From an uncultured archaeon (GTDB lineage Archaea; Thermoproteota; Nitrososphaeria_A; Caldarchaeales; Wolframiiraptoraceae): a stretch of 64,000 bases of DNA. Shown here in pieces: positions 8,658 through 20,100 of this stretch. The notes below the pieces were generated by a model. That model was not told where the DNA came from, ran no database searches, and worked only from the letters and a program-made list of their open reading frames with translations. The number at the start of each line of letters is the position of its first letter. Position 1 is the first letter of the stretch. Location of the stretch: assembly GCA_938083505.1 (NCBI GenBank), contig CALKCF010000002.1, positions 32,001 through 96,000 on the forward strand, given 5' to 3'. The position numbers and the translations under genes are program-made.

Positions 8658-9638
8658 ATGGTTGGCGAGGATTCTGTAACGAAAAGGTATGAGGTGCGTA
8701 GACTACTTCAAAAAATGAGAGATGGTATTATCAAGGAACTCTCAGTAACCATCGACCCAAAACTCGGTATAACCTACCCAGAGGCTGAGGTCGATTTGAA
8801 GAGCAACGTACAGAATACACTCGAAGCGCTACACCAAGAGGGTTACCTTTTAAAAAAGCAGAAAGAAAATGTGATGATTTGCAAAAAATGTAGCGGCGCA
8901 TCGTTCATGATAATGCATCGTTGTCCAAACTGTAATTCTTTAAGCTTAAGAAAAGGAATGATTATCCAGCACCTGACATGTGGATATACGGAGTTAGAGT
9001 CAATATTTGCTGAGCGCAATTATGTATGCCCAAAATGTAAAAAGAAGCTCAGAGCCTTAGGTGTTGATTATGTGAAGCCTGGCATACAATACGTCTGTAA
9101 TGAGTGTGGCAATATAACACAAAGCCCAGCAATTTTACTTAAATGCTGGACATGCGGAGAGCTGCAGACGATCGATGAGGCGAGGTACATAGAGATTAAT
9201 ACTTATCTGTTAGACTATACTAAGCGCGAGCTCTTGGCAAAGGTGACTTTTAACCTGACACCCATCATCCAGAGAATTTCTGCAGTAGGTTGGATTGCAA
9301 AGAAAGATTATAAGATAACAGGCAAATCGGGCGTCGAGCACACCTTTACGTTGGCTTTATGGTCATATGAACATGGTTTAAGTAAAACTCCAGATATTGT
9401 TGCGGATATCCACATGGATATTGTTGACGAAACACGCGTGCTTGCGCTATATGCGAAAGTTCTCGACGTCGGAATAGAGAACGCAATACTTGCTGCGGTT
9501 CCAATAGCAAGCGAGAAAGCGAAGACTCTAGCAAAATATTATGAAATAACCATAGTAGAGGCTGAGAATACGGATGTTTTGATAGAAAAACTCGCTTTTT
9601 CAATAGAGGACGTTATAAAAAAGTTGATACTACGTTAG
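8658..9638 (+). CDS. TackOD1-like multi-zinc-ribbon protein with a C-terminal PD-(D/E)xK restriction-endonuclease-like domain
   Basis: CKKC, CPNC, H-x-x-CGY, CPKC...LRALGVDY, CNEC and CWTC repeats. The C-terminus GKSGVEHTF...VLALYAKVLDV is typical of archaeal Mrr-like domains. Confidence 0.7.
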   Translation: MVGEDSVTKRYEVRRLLQKMRDGIIKELSVTIDPKLGITYPEAEVDLKSNVQNTLEALHQEGYLLKKQKENVMICKKCSGASFMIMHRCPNCNSLSLRKGMIIQHLTCGYTELESIFAERNYVCPKCKKKLRALGVDYVKPGIQYVCNECGNITQSPAILLKCWTCGELQTIDEARYIEINTYLLDYTKRELLAKVTFNLTPIIQRISAVGWIAKKDYKITGKSGVEHTFTLALWSYEHGLSKTPDIVADIHMDIVDETRVLALYAKVLDVGIENAILAAVPIASEKAKTLAKYYEITIVEAENTDVLIEKLAFSIEDVIKKLILR

Positions 9639-9639
9639 A

Positions 9640-10929
9640 TCACCACCGCATGCTTGGTTTGAGTAGTTCACATATGTAGGCATAGAACCTAATGATGGAA
9701 TATATCGGTCTGTAGAACAAGGAAACCAAAGGCAATAGATAAGCACTCTTTAGGTCTGATAAGAATTCGATTACGGAAAATGCGCTTAGAACCGTGTGCA
9801 ACTCTATTATCAGGTAAAACAGAACAAGCAACAATCCAACACCCAAGATATTCTGCGTGTACATAAAATACGCAAACCATGTCGGCCTAATAATCACGGC
9901 CAAAATATCCATCAAAACCATGTCTGGTGCGCCCATTATGGCGGGCGTTCCAAAAATTCTTCTGAAAAATAAGCTCCTATGCATTATCAGAACCCTAACT
10001 TGACCCCTATGCCATCTTTCCCTCTGCTTGAACCATGAGCGCCAAGTTTCGGGAACTTCGGTGAATGCGTAAGATTCAGGTACGAAAATAACCCTACCCT
10101 TTATCTTGTGCACCTTTAGTGTGAGATCAAAATCTTCACCAAGTACCGGGTCGAATCCTCCAATGGACTCTAAAATGTGTTTTCTTACGATAGACTTTGC
10201 ACCAGGTATTATAAGCAACGTTCTGAACAATGCTTGCAACCTTCTGCCTATATCGAAAGCCACTACATATTCATAAGACTGCAACCTTGTTAGTAGATTC
10301 TTGTTTACATTTAACACTCTCAAATTTCCGCTCGCGGCCAATATCTTTGGATTGGAAAAGTATGCGGCAATCTTGCTGATAGAATCCCTTGCGATGATCG
10401 TATCAGCATCAACCGTTACTATAACCTCACCCTTTGCAAAATCTAAGCCATAGTTCAACGCATACGCCTTAATTCCTCCTTTGGGTTTCGACAGAAGTTT
10501 TATCTGTCCCTTAAACTTCGATGCAATGATATATGTTCCATCCGTAGAACCATCGTCCACGACTATTATCTCTTTAAACTTATAATCGTTTTCAAGAACA
10601 GAAGATATACAGGCGGTTATGGTTCTCTCCTCGTTGTGGGCAGGTATTATGATACTTATTATGGGAGTGTATGTAAGTCGCGGGGGCTTCCTGACGATTT
10701 CGTAAATCGGCAATACCACGGATTTGCCGATAGCTCTGGTATAGTCTAAGAGAAACGTTGGAAGGGATATCAGAAGGAAGTCCCGGACACCGATATTAAA
10801 ATAGCTCATGATAGAAATCATAACGTAAAGCATCAAAGGGATTAACGCGAGGTTTATTCCGAATGCCAATAGATTAAATCTGCTAACTTTGACCATGTGG
10901 TCTATATCACAACTCTTTAAATTTTCCAA
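9640..10929 (-). CDS. Processive family 2 glycosyltransferase (cellulose synthase/PgaC/IcaA-like)
   Basis: PAHNEE, DDGSTD, KAYALN, DAD, GED and QRERW (QxxRW) motifs with flanking TM helices. Confidence 0.9.
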   Translation of the reverse strand: MENLKSCDIDHMVKVSRFNLLAFGINLALIPLMLYVMISIMSYFNIGVRDFLLISLPTFLLDYTRAIGKSVVLPIYEIVRKPPRLTYTPIISIIIPAHNEERTITACISSVLENDYKFKEIIVVDDGSTDGTYIIASKFKGQIKLLSKPKGGIKAYALNYGLDFAKGEVIVTVDADTIIARDSISKIAAYFSNPKILAASGNLRVLNVNKNLLTRLQSYEYVVAFDIGRRLQALFRTLLIIPGAKSIVRKHILESIGGFDPVLGEDFDLTLKVHKIKGRVIFVPESYAFTEVPETWRSWFKQRERWHRGQVRVLIMHRSLFFRRIFGTPAIMGAPDMVLMDILAVIIRPTWFAYFMYTQNILGVGLLLVLFYLIIELHTVLSAFSVIEFLSDLKSAYLLPLVSLFYRPIYSIIRFYAYICELLKPSMRW

Positions 10930-10938
10930 AATATACTT

Positions 10939-12483
10939 TTATAGTCTTCCGCTCTTTATGTCCACGTAAACTCTGGCCATGCTCCTTATCCAGTTAAGGT
11001 CGTTAACGTATAACGTCCTTATGTCGTCGAGCTTGAATAATGCCATTGCTAATCTTTCCAAACCACCACCCCATGCCAATACTGGATATCTGACGCCCAA
11101 CGGAACGGTAACCTCCGGCCTGAATATGCCCATGCCAAACAACTCTAACCACTCACGCTTCTCAGGTATGTAAACGATGACTTCTGCCGACGGTTCCGTG
11201 TAGGGGAAATAGGACGGCCTGAATATTATCTCCTTGAGGCCTATTCTGCTACAGAACTCCTTTATGAGGCCCATCAACTCCCTGAACGTCGCTTTCTTAT
11301 CCATTATTATGCCTTCTACTTGGTGAAATTCGGCGAGGTGCTTCCAGTCAACCTTTTCATTCCTGTATATCCTGTCAACTGAGAATACTTTGATGGGTGG
11401 TTCGTTGTGGTATGCAAGATGCCTGATGGTCGTCGCGGTCGTATGCGTCCTGAGTACCAGCTTTCTGGCCTCCTGCTCACTCCACTTATACCTCCATCCC
11501 TTAGAGCCCGTGTTGCCACCAAACTCATGTGATTGCCTCACAGGCTCGACGAGCTTTTCTGGAAGTCTGCCAACATTAGGGTATGCCAAGTAAAAGGTGT
11601 CGTGCATTTCTCGCGCCGGATGGTCCTGGGGTTGGAATAACGCATCGAAGTTCCAGAATGCAAGCTCGACGAGTGGTCCCTTAATTTCTTCAAAGCCGAG
11701 TTCGATGAAGACGTCCTTTATCAGCTTGATGAGAGTTGTAAGAGGATGACGTTTTGCTACGAAAACAGGTTTTGTGGGTGCGTGTATATCGAAGGGGCTC
11801 AGTTCAAAATCGCGCCATTTGCCCGTTATCAGCAGATCGGGCGTTAACCTTGTAATCAAGGGTCGCTCCAATTCCAACTCCTCTAACGGTATGTTGCGTA
11901 TCAGCTCGCTCGGAGCCATCGTGTACTTTCTTTCCTCGTACAACTCCACGACTCCTGGCCTACCGGAAAGCTCAAGGCAAGCATCCAGAAGCTCCGGCGG
12001 TAGGGCGTCAACCCTTAACTCACCCCTTCCAAGCCATCCTAACAGTTTCTCCTCGGCCGTGACCTCTGGCACCTCACCAACGATTTCAATGACCTTGAAA
12101 CCATCACGATCCTTAATGGTTATCCAGCCCTTCTTTTTAGCCCACATTATCGCGACCGCCAGCTCACCTTGCAAGATCTGTTCCTTCTCAAGCTCGCTTA
12201 CGCTCATACAACCTTCGGCGTTTTTCAAAACGTTGACAAGTCTCCTTTCTGGAAGACCGATCTTGAGGTACTCAATCCCAGTCGGACCCAATTTAGCCAT
12301 CTTTATGGACGTCTCTTTTACCTCAATCAACCCTTTCTCCTTAAGCCAGAGCGAAGCCTTAGCCACGGCGCCTTCATCCTTTGATATCGCGATAGCAACC
12401 TCGCCGTATTCCATCGGCCTGCTCTTCTCTATAAGTGTCCGAAGGATAAGCCTTTCAAGCCAATGAAGCCTCAGCTTAGCCAT
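10939..12483 (-). CDS. pheS: Phenylalanyl-tRNA synthetase alpha subunit
   Basis: FWNFDALFQPQDHPAREMHDTF, LRTHTT, HLAEFHQVEG, YFPYTEPS, GMGIFRPEV, GLERLAM. Confidence 0.98.
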   Translation of the reverse strand: MAKLRLHWLERLILRTLIEKSRPMEYGEVAIAISKDEGAVAKASLWLKEKGLIEVKETSIKMAKLGPTGIEYLKIGLPERRLVNVLKNAEGCMSVSELEKEQILQGELAVAIMWAKKKGWITIKDRDGFKVIEIVGEVPEVTAEEKLLGWLGRGELRVDALPPELLDACLELSGRPGVVELYEERKYTMAPSELIRNIPLEELELERPLITRLTPDLLITGKWRDFELSPFDIHAPTKPVFVAKRHPLTTLIKLIKDVFIELGFEEIKGPLVELAFWNFDALFQPQDHPAREMHDTFYLAYPNVGRLPEKLVEPVRQSHEFGGNTGSKGWRYKWSEQEARKLVLRTHTTATTIRHLAYHNEPPIKVFSVDRIYRNEKVDWKHLAEFHQVEGIIMDKKATFRELMGLIKEFCSRIGLKEIIFRPSYFPYTEPSAEVIVYIPEKREWLELFGMGIFRPEVTVPLGVRYPVLAWGGGLERLAMALFKLDDIRTLYVNDLNWIRSMARVYVDIKSGRL

Positions 12484-12573
12484 ACCACGACCTATCTTTG
12501 TCAGTTAGGCTGGTATAAAAAAGGTGTTTTGCGGCGCAATAAATATATGTAACATAAGGTCCAAGCTTTATAC

Positions 12574-12867
12574 ATGATAGATTATGCCGTGCTGATACCT
12601 AACATCATTCTGTTTGTAGTAGGTTTTCTGATAGGCTTCGGCCTCATTAAAGTTTTAAAGGGTGCGCTCCTAATAATAATGGCCATTGTCATACTCAGTA
12701 TTGTCGGCATAACGATAGCTGGCTTTGTGCTGCCGGGTTTTCATGAGCTCCCTAGCGTCGTAGCATCCCTAGAGGACGTTGCTAAAGGCTTTCTTGCGGT
12801 CTTGAAAACCTACCCCATGCTGACCGCGGGCCTTCTCATAGGCTTAATAGCAGGCATAGTTAAGTAA
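12574..12867 (+). CDS. Small integral membrane protein (FUN14-like)
   Basis: 97 aa, 3 hydrophobic helices, G-F-L-I-G-F-G-L-x-K pattern. Confidence 0.55.
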   Translation: MIDYAVLIPNIILFVVGFLIGFGLIKVLKGALLIIMAIVILSIVGITIAGFVLPGFHELPSVVASLEDVAKGFLAVLKTYPMLTAGLLIGLIAGIVK

Positions 12868-12922
12868 CGGTAGGTGGTTTTGGGATTTATAGTAAGGCTT
12901 CCTAAGAGAGGACAGATTAGAC

Positions 12923-13474
12923 ATGTCTCCCGAAGAGACTTATCTCGTTAAGCTCAAGCTGTACTTTGATGGTGAGAAGGTTTACACAGAAGTATCGGAG
13001 CAGTCTTTAGCCCTTTTGTCGAAAGGTTATGGTCAGCTCGATAAAGAGAACGGAATAATTACCTACAGTAATGTGGAGGCTCTTTATCTACTCGAAAGCA
13101 AGATGGCATCCGTCATTTCCGGGAATTCTGAGACGTCGTTTAACGAGCTCCTTAGCGCCCTTGAGAGTAAGAGCGAAACATTGTGGAGGGACTATGTAAT
13201 CTACAGAGACCTAAGGAACAGACGCTACACAATCAAAGAAGGGTTCAGTCCAGATCTCATCTTTAGAGTCTTCGAAAGGGGCGAGTTCCAGAAGGAGGCT
13301 GCAAAATACCTGGTAGCTCCCTTAAGCGAGGGGAAAAGTATCAAGCTCAGTAAGCTCAAACAACTGTTATCCATCTGTAGGGCCCTTAAGAAAGAGATGA
13401 TAATTTCCGTCATCGATAGAAGGAACGAGGTCGTGTACTATCTGGCAAATCAGGTCGATTTGAGGAATGTCTAA
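12923..13474 (+). CDS. tRNA-splicing endonuclease, structural (beta-type) subunit
   Basis: EALYL and YVIYRDLRNRRY..KEG match EndA. The catalytic Tyr/His are not evident (FRVF, AAKY), consistent with the non-catalytic subunit of a heteromeric enzyme. Confidence 0.8.
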   Translation: MSPEETYLVKLKLYFDGEKVYTEVSEQSLALLSKGYGQLDKENGIITYSNVEALYLLESKMASVISGNSETSFNELLSALESKSETLWRDYVIYRDLRNRRYTIKEGFSPDLIFRVFERGEFQKEAAKYLVAPLSEGKSIKLSKLKQLLSICRALKKEMIISVIDRRNEVVYYLANQVDLRNV

Positions 13475-14330
13475 AAAGGGTGGCTTCAGCAAGCTCGTAG
13501 CATACATTAAGTTAACGAGACCACAAAACGGAATTATGATGTTTATAGCTGTACTCGTCGGCGTTGTTTTCTCAGAGAGCAGGTCCATGCACGTCTATCA
13601 GGCATCGTTGGCTTTTGTGACAGCATTCTCCCTTAGTGGAAGCTCTATGGCGATAAACGACTATTTCGACAGAGATGTTGATGCCGTGAACTCGCCGAAC
13701 AGACCCATACCTTCGGGCAAGGCATCACCGAAAGGTGTCATCATCTTTTCATCCATCTTAGGAACCTTAGGTTTGATGGCCGCCGCATTTACCTCATACG
13801 TTTGCTTAGCATTCGCTATATTTGCGTATACCTCCGCTATTTTGTATAACTCGCTGGTCAAGACGAGTGGGTTGCCTGGAAATATGTTGGTGAGTTTTAA
13901 CGTGGTAGCACCGTTTATCTACGGCTCACTCATAAGCGATGGCATGATTGGGGCAAAGGTACTCACCTTTGCTCTGTTGGCTTTCTTAGCAAACACGGGA
14001 AGGGAGGTGATTAAGGGAATTTCCGATGTCGAAGGTGACGCGCTTAGGGGCGTGAAGTCTATAGCTAGGAGCATAGGCGAGAAGCGTGCGGCCATACTCG
14101 GCGCGGTCCTTTACGTTTCAGCAGTCTGTCTTAGCCCCCTGCCTTACATCCTTGGCTATGTCTCGTTCTTGTATGTGCCTATTGTGCTCGTATGCGACGC
14201 TGGCTTCATTTACTCCTCGGTATCGATAATAAAATCACCAACAAAAGATAATGCTATAAGGGTAAAGAACCATTCTTTGTTGTGGATGCTTATAGCCTTG
14301 CTTTCTTTCATAGCCGGAGGCTTTTTATAA
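13467..14330 (+). CDS. Digeranylgeranylglyceryl phosphate synthase (UbiA family)
   Basis: LTRP-x-N, NDYFDRDVDAVN-x-P-x-RPIPSG, REVIKGISDVEGD. Confidence 0.9.
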   Translation: MSKKGGFSKLVAYIKLTRPQNGIMMFIAVLVGVVFSESRSMHVYQASLAFVTAFSLSGSSMAINDYFDRDVDAVNSPNRPIPSGKASPKGVIIFSSILGTLGLMAAAFTSYVCLAFAIFAYTSAILYNSLVKTSGLPGNMLVSFNVVAPFIYGSLISDGMIGAKVLTFALLAFLANTGREVIKGISDVEGDALRGVKSIARSIGEKRAAILGAVLYVSAVCLSPLPYILGYVSFLYVPIVLVCDAGFIYSSVSIIKSPTKDNAIRVKNHSLLWMLIALLSFIAGGFL

Positions 14331-14368
14331 AAACCCTTAATTTGAACTCATGTGTCTCCGAAAGAATG

Positions 14369-14453
14369 GCGGGGGTTGCCAAGCCTGGTCAACGGCGCAG
14401 GGCTTAGGACCCTGTCCCGTAGGGGTTCGTGGGTTCAAATCCCACCCCCCGCA
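14369..14453 (+). tRNA. tRNA-Leu(TAG)
   Basis: Acceptor stem GCGGGGG/CCCCCGC, anticodon arm CAGGG-CT-TAG-GA-CCCTG, long variable arm, T-loop TTCAAAT. Confidence 0.97.
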
Positions 14454-14537
14454 TTAATTTACTAGTATAATGTTAAAATATCTTCACACTATAACTTAAC
14501 ATGCTACAGAATACCAGACCCAACCAGCCCGATAAAG

Positions 14538-15200
14538 ATGAGTGAAGAGGTTGAGATAACACCTACAACCCAAGAAATACCCTCAGACCTATTCGACATA
14601 ATAGTTGGGCACAATGATGTTAAGGAGATCCTGTAGAGGGCGATAAGGTCTAAAGAAACTGTACACTGCCTACTACACGTCTCACCGGCCAGCGCCAAGT
14701 CCCTATTCATCGAAGAGCTCTCAAGACTCCCAAACAGCAGATTCATCCTCGGATCATCCCTCTCAAAGGCCGGACTAATAGAGACACTATTCGAATACAA
14801 GCCGAGATACCTAATACTCGACGAGATAGATAAGATAGACTCCGCCGACAACCTAAGCGCCCTACTAAGCCTAATGGAGAGAGGAATAGTGGTCGAGATA
14901 AAGTATAAGCGGCATAGTAGGATACAGCTAACAACAACAGTACTCGCAGCCTGCAACAAGGTAGAATTCCTACCACCAGAGCTACTGAGCATGTTCCTAA
15001 GACTAAGATTTAGAGACTACACCATCGACGAATTCCTGGAAGTAGTGAAGGTAGTGCTGACAGAGCGGGAGAACATACCGTTCCCAACAGCAACCTACAT
15101 AGACGAAAAAGTCCTCACAGAGCTGCTAAGCAGGGATCCGAGAAATGCAATAAAAATAGCCCGGCTTTTAGAATACTTTCACACAATGGTTCAGCGCTAA
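14538..15200 (+). pseudogene. AAA+ ATPase relic (small MCM/RuvB-like type) with in-frame TAG at 14634
   Basis: Read through the stop: DLFDIIVGHNDVKEIL*RAIRS..VHCLLHVSPASAKS (decayed Walker A), YLILDEIDK (Walker B), LLSLMERG, VLAACN. Confidence 0.8.
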
Positions 15201-15416
15201 TCTCATCTTATTATTCATTTGCATTATTTCGTCCAGATTAGCTGAGATTTATACAGCCTACTGACTCAATACTTCAGTCATAAGGGTTGACTTTAGAACT
15301 GTAGCCAGAGAATAAAGGGTGTTGTTGCATCTATCCCTGTATTCTCACGCTCCCTTAAAGGTGTTCGGGGTGCAACCTTGAGGAGAATGAAGAAAGACAG
15401 TATCCAGTATGTTGGC

Positions 15417-16907
15417 TTAGTCACCATACAATATTCTGAGTATGGGCCTTAGAAATGGTGAGAGGGCGGCTAGGGCTTTCTCTGAGATAAGAGCTGTAGA
15501 CAACTCCTTCAAGTCCTCTCTAGTGATTATTCTGAGTCGAGCATAGAGTATGTAGGAGGGGATGAGGATTAATGGTATCCCGAGGATTGGTAAGAGCTTG
15601 AGAAGAAGAATGACTAGGTATGCGCAGAGAGGTATCAGCAATGTTATCAGATTATCCTTCAGGCCCAACTGGTATCTAGCCTTCTTGGATAGGTGGATGA
15701 CGAGGAGTAGGCTTGGTATGAAGCCGAGGGCGAAGGAGGCCGCGGCTCCCTCCTCTGCGAGAGTCTGTATCAGGGTTAGGTAGAGGGCTAGCCTAGCCGC
15801 ATTTCCGGCCACCCCGATGGCTGTGACTTCACCATACCTCCCGGCGGCGTATGCGTAGATTGTATAGCTATTCACGATGGGTGCTAGCAGGAAGCCTGCG
15901 CTCAGGATCATTATTGGAGCTGAGGCAGGGATATATGACTGCCCCAGCAATGATGGGATAAGGGCCGGGTATGCAATCAGTGTGAAAGCAAGCGGAAAGG
16001 TCATGGCTGAGGCTAGCCTAGCGGCCCTCACCATAAACCTCTTTCTGCCATCCTCCATCGAGCTCAGAACAGGGAAAGACAGGGTCAAAACATTCATGGG
16101 CAGCGCCAGTATACCCGTAGTTATAGCAAAAGCTATAAAATATGTCCCGGTCTCGTAGCTCCCAACCAAGCCTCTCAGACCCAAAACCCCTAGCCACTGA
16201 CCCATAAGCGTAAGGATCGATGGAATCCAAGTGGCAAGCCCTGCCTCAAGCGACTCCCTAACAGCCCGCAGAGATGTAGAGAACTCCACCCTAAGCCTTC
16301 GGAGCTGCCGGCTCGCCAATAACAACAGCATCGCGTCCGATACTAGGGCGGCCGAGACATAGCCCAGCATTATCCCGTAGAACCCCAAACCGAGATAGAC
16401 CAGCGAAATTCCTATCACTAACCTACCCAGACCCGTTATGAGATTCGCCAGAGCGACGTACTCCGTCCTCAGAATCGAGCTGAAGAACGATATTACTACA
16501 AACGGCCAACCATTCATCCCAATCAACATCAGCAGAGATGTGAAGAATACGGAGTCAGGGTCCAGCGGAACAACACCTACAAACAGCCCTAATACCAAGA
16601 ATATCAGCGCGGAAGCCACGTCAATCACAAATAGGAATATTAGTGGCGAGTAGAAGTAGCGGCCCAATTCTATCGAATCTCGACGGCCAAACTCCCTGCC
16701 GAGCAAGCGCATAACACCAGTCGGTATTCCGAAAGAGAGGGTTGAGAGGAGCAGACCCTCGATCGCGAGCACAGTAGCAACGCGCCCCACAACCTCCGGC
16801 GACACAAGAGGTGAGACGAGGAGCCAATAAACGAACCCGAAAAAGCTGGTCAGAATAGACCCAATACTGAGCCAAACACCCCCCCTCAGAACCCTATCCA
16901 GACTCAT
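15417..16907 (-). CDS. Oligosaccharide flippase (Wzx/MOP superfamily)
   Basis: 496 aa with about 12-14 TM helices and Wzx-type patterns, within a glycosylation cluster. Confidence 0.85.
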   Translation of the reverse strand: MSLDRVLRGGVWLSIGSILTSFFGFVYWLLVSPLVSPEVVGRVATVLAIEGLLLSTLSFGIPTGVMRLLGREFGRRDSIELGRYFYSPLIFLFVIDVASALIFLVLGLFVGVVPLDPDSVFFTSLLMLIGMNGWPFVVISFFSSILRTEYVALANLITGLGRLVIGISLVYLGLGFYGIMLGYVSAALVSDAMLLLLASRQLRRLRVEFSTSLRAVRESLEAGLATWIPSILTLMGQWLGVLGLRGLVGSYETGTYFIAFAITTGILALPMNVLTLSFPVLSSMEDGRKRFMVRAARLASAMTFPLAFTLIAYPALIPSLLGQSYIPASAPIMILSAGFLLAPIVNSYTIYAYAAGRYGEVTAIGVAGNAARLALYLTLIQTLAEEGAAASFALGFIPSLLLVIHLSKKARYQLGLKDNLITLLIPLCAYLVILLLKLLPILGIPLILIPSYILYARLRIITREDLKELSTALISEKALAALSPFLRPILRILYGD

Positions 16908-17173
16908 TTCTTAGCACCGATGCGCCTAGCGATCCTTATAATCATAAGACGTTAAGTATCTTCAGTCTTTTGCCTGTGGATATCTCGCTATTGATGAAGC
17001 AGACTCTCGATTCTGGCTTTCCCACGCTATGCCAATCAATTGTTTTCTTTCATTTCCTTGACTATCAGGGCATGTCTACCCCAAGCTTAAACCCTCCAAT
17101 AATAACATGTACACCTCCCTATCTCTCCCAATAAGCCTCTTCAACCAGCCGACCATGTTTTAAAGTAGTTCTC

Positions 17174-20100
17174 TTAACTGACTGTGAGCCTTTTATGGAA
17201 AATGATTTTTAGCTTTAACGATTTCTTCCGTTCTAGAATGCTTTTTTCCCTCACCCAATCGTAGACCAAATATGTAGTGCAAGCTATTAGGGTGGTGATT
17301 GATACTATTAAGCCTATGTAAAACCATTTTTGAGGCTCGTATTCGATGGTAATCTCCAAGAGGCCAGTCTGGTTTATCCAGAAGCCATTTATCACGCCGT
17401 ATAATGGCATGGACTGTATTCTTTCTCCATTTACATACGCAACCCATAGAGAGTCGTAAGATTCTGCGAAAGAGAGCATAAATGGTTTGGTTGCGTTTAC
17501 CTTTACCACGTATTTTGTTGGATCGATTTTCTGGTAGCTTATCACCTCTGCTGGATTTTCTTTAGGTGCAAAAATGTCTTCCAAGGTTTCGTTATTATTT
17601 TGGACCGAGTAGAGCCAAATTACGTCCAAGTCTGCTAATGCGTTTATAACCTCTATCATATGTCTTCCTTTTTCTAGGTTTATCGGCCCGATGTAGATCC
17701 ACTTCAGTTGCGGTGAGCTGACTTCATATTTCTTTTCGTTTATATTTATTGTTAGGTTTCCTTTGCTTCTGATTCCGAGTGTGTAGCTTCCAGGTTTTAT
17801 TATCTCTATTTCACCCCAGACTTTTGATGTTAGGTTTAATTCTAGGACTTTACCATTGCTGGCTTCTCCGCCATACTTATTCGATACTATGCTATTTTGG
17901 TAGTAGAGATCTGACTCCGCTTCTAGGACATAGATTATCCTTTTGTCCTGAAGAAGCTGTTCTATTTGATTTTGGACATTTTGATATTCCTGTTTGGGGA
18001 TTAATGCGAATAGGTTTATTGCATTGAGTCCTCCAATGTTTATTAGAGTTATTCTATGAGAGCCTTTTTCTAGATGTAGAACATCTATTTGTTTCCATAC
18101 AAATTTGTTAAGTTGATCTTTAGTGTTTATAGTGTAGCTTTTATTGTCTAGTTGGATTTGAATACTTCCACCTCGCTGGTTTTGGAAGAGGCGGATTAGA
18201 AATACGTATTCGTCTGTTTCATGTATTGTAAATGGAATTTCCAGAGCAACTGTCTTGTCTTTCAGGGTTGAAACAGCCCAAGTGAAAACTAACCCTTCAC
18301 TATAGTCAGATTGCCAGTTCTCAATACCGAATTTTTCTAAGTAAGGGTGCCAATCTGCATGTAGTAAATCTGCTGTTGAGGATTTAGACCAGAGTCTCGC
18401 TGGATTGACGAAATATGTAAATTTAAAGGGTGCTAAAATGACGCCCACCTTGCTAGCCTTCGCATAGAGACATAGTGATTCGAAATCAAGTATTGCTGCT
18501 TGAGCTGCTTTTACCACATCATCCCTACACTCGGTTATCACTGCGATATGAAATGGAAATTGCGGAAATGTTATCGTGTAGAAATTTTCCCCATCTAGAT
18601 CAGATAATATCAAACTCTTTGGGATGTAGAAAAGTGTGAGATTACGCGGATTCTCACATATCGTCAGATAATTTAGTTTATTACAATTCAAATACTGGTA
18701 GTCCACTCTAAAGTTTGATGCGCCTAATATATCGGTTCTCTTAATGATATATTTTATGTTGAGATCGTCTAGAAGCTGCTGAGGCCCCTCTTTTCGAGTC
18801 AACATTTTCACATATTCGAGACCTATATTGTGTGTTGAGCCTATGGATCGTTCCAAGTTTTTAGATATTGATTTTTGATCGTTCCAAACATATCTCCATG
18901 TGCCAAGAATCTTTTGAGCCGAGCTCGGATATATCCATAAAACCTTGTGATCCAAAAGGATTTTATCTTTCATGTCGTAATACTCTAGTGGCATGTAGGT
19001 TGGTGAATATACATCATTTATATAGACTAGCGATGGGGAAGATACTACATTCATAATGATCAGAGCTAGGAGTAAGAATGTCAGGCTAGAACTTTTTTTG
19101 CCCCTTAACGAGCTAAGACCCAATAGTAGTATCATAATAAGGAATATTGGAAGTAAAATGCTAAGTCTTCCCCATTCTCTAAGCGGAGCGAAGAGGTCGA
19201 TATATCCCAATTGTCCGAAGATGTGAATGATGTTGTAGAGGAGGGGATTATTCGTTCCTTGAATAAAGAAGATCAGCCCTATAACGAACACTGCTGAAGG
19301 AAGAACGAGTGCTTTATGTTTCTTTTGTGATACCTCTGAGATGAGTATTGCGAATGTAAACATGAATAAAAGTAGAGAAGTCACACGAAACAGGGGGTTT
19401 TTGAGAAGGGTCGCTGGAACTTTTGGCCACCAATTATTGGAAAACGTGAAGATGTTAATCAAATTTCCATTTCTCGAAAGCATCGATAGCTGATCTATAC
19501 TCATGGGAATAGGATACTCTAGACCCTTAAACATATGCAATAACAGAAGTGGCATGTTCATAAAGAAATAGATAATAATAGGTCCACCAATAAATAAAAG
19601 AAGATTCTTTGCTTTCTTATTAAACAAGAATATCGAAGATATAGTTAAGAACGTATGTATGATAAACATGTAGATAAAGTTGTGAGGTATTATACCGTAG
19701 ATCGCAAATAGCAACGAATAAATTATTAAATTCTTCAGTCTTCTATTCGATATATAGGCCAATCCAAAATATAGATATAATGGAAATATCGCATAAGCAA
19801 CCCATATCCATATATGTGCCAGCCTTTCAACTGACCATAGATTGAGGTAATAGAATAAAGTTATAACCAGAACTAGCATGGCTCGGCGACTTTTTCCTGC
19901 TTCAAACAGAGAACTTAGCTTTAATATACCATAACAGCCTAGAATAATTGAGACTAAAATGGCGACACTTGTAATCTGACTATCAGTAATGGTAGATATT
20001 AAATTTGTTAACGCAGTTATACTTCCTTCCAACAAAAAACTCCGTATAATGTGTAATGTTGGGGCCCCGAGCCGCTCGTTAAATACATAGTAGATCATTC

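Noticed and set aside
14634-14636. In-frame TAG as a pyrrolysine/readthrough codon
   Set aside because: The Walker A motif is also decayed, and TAG terminates ordinary genes in this window (for example secG and the RidA gene), so a pseudogene is simpler.
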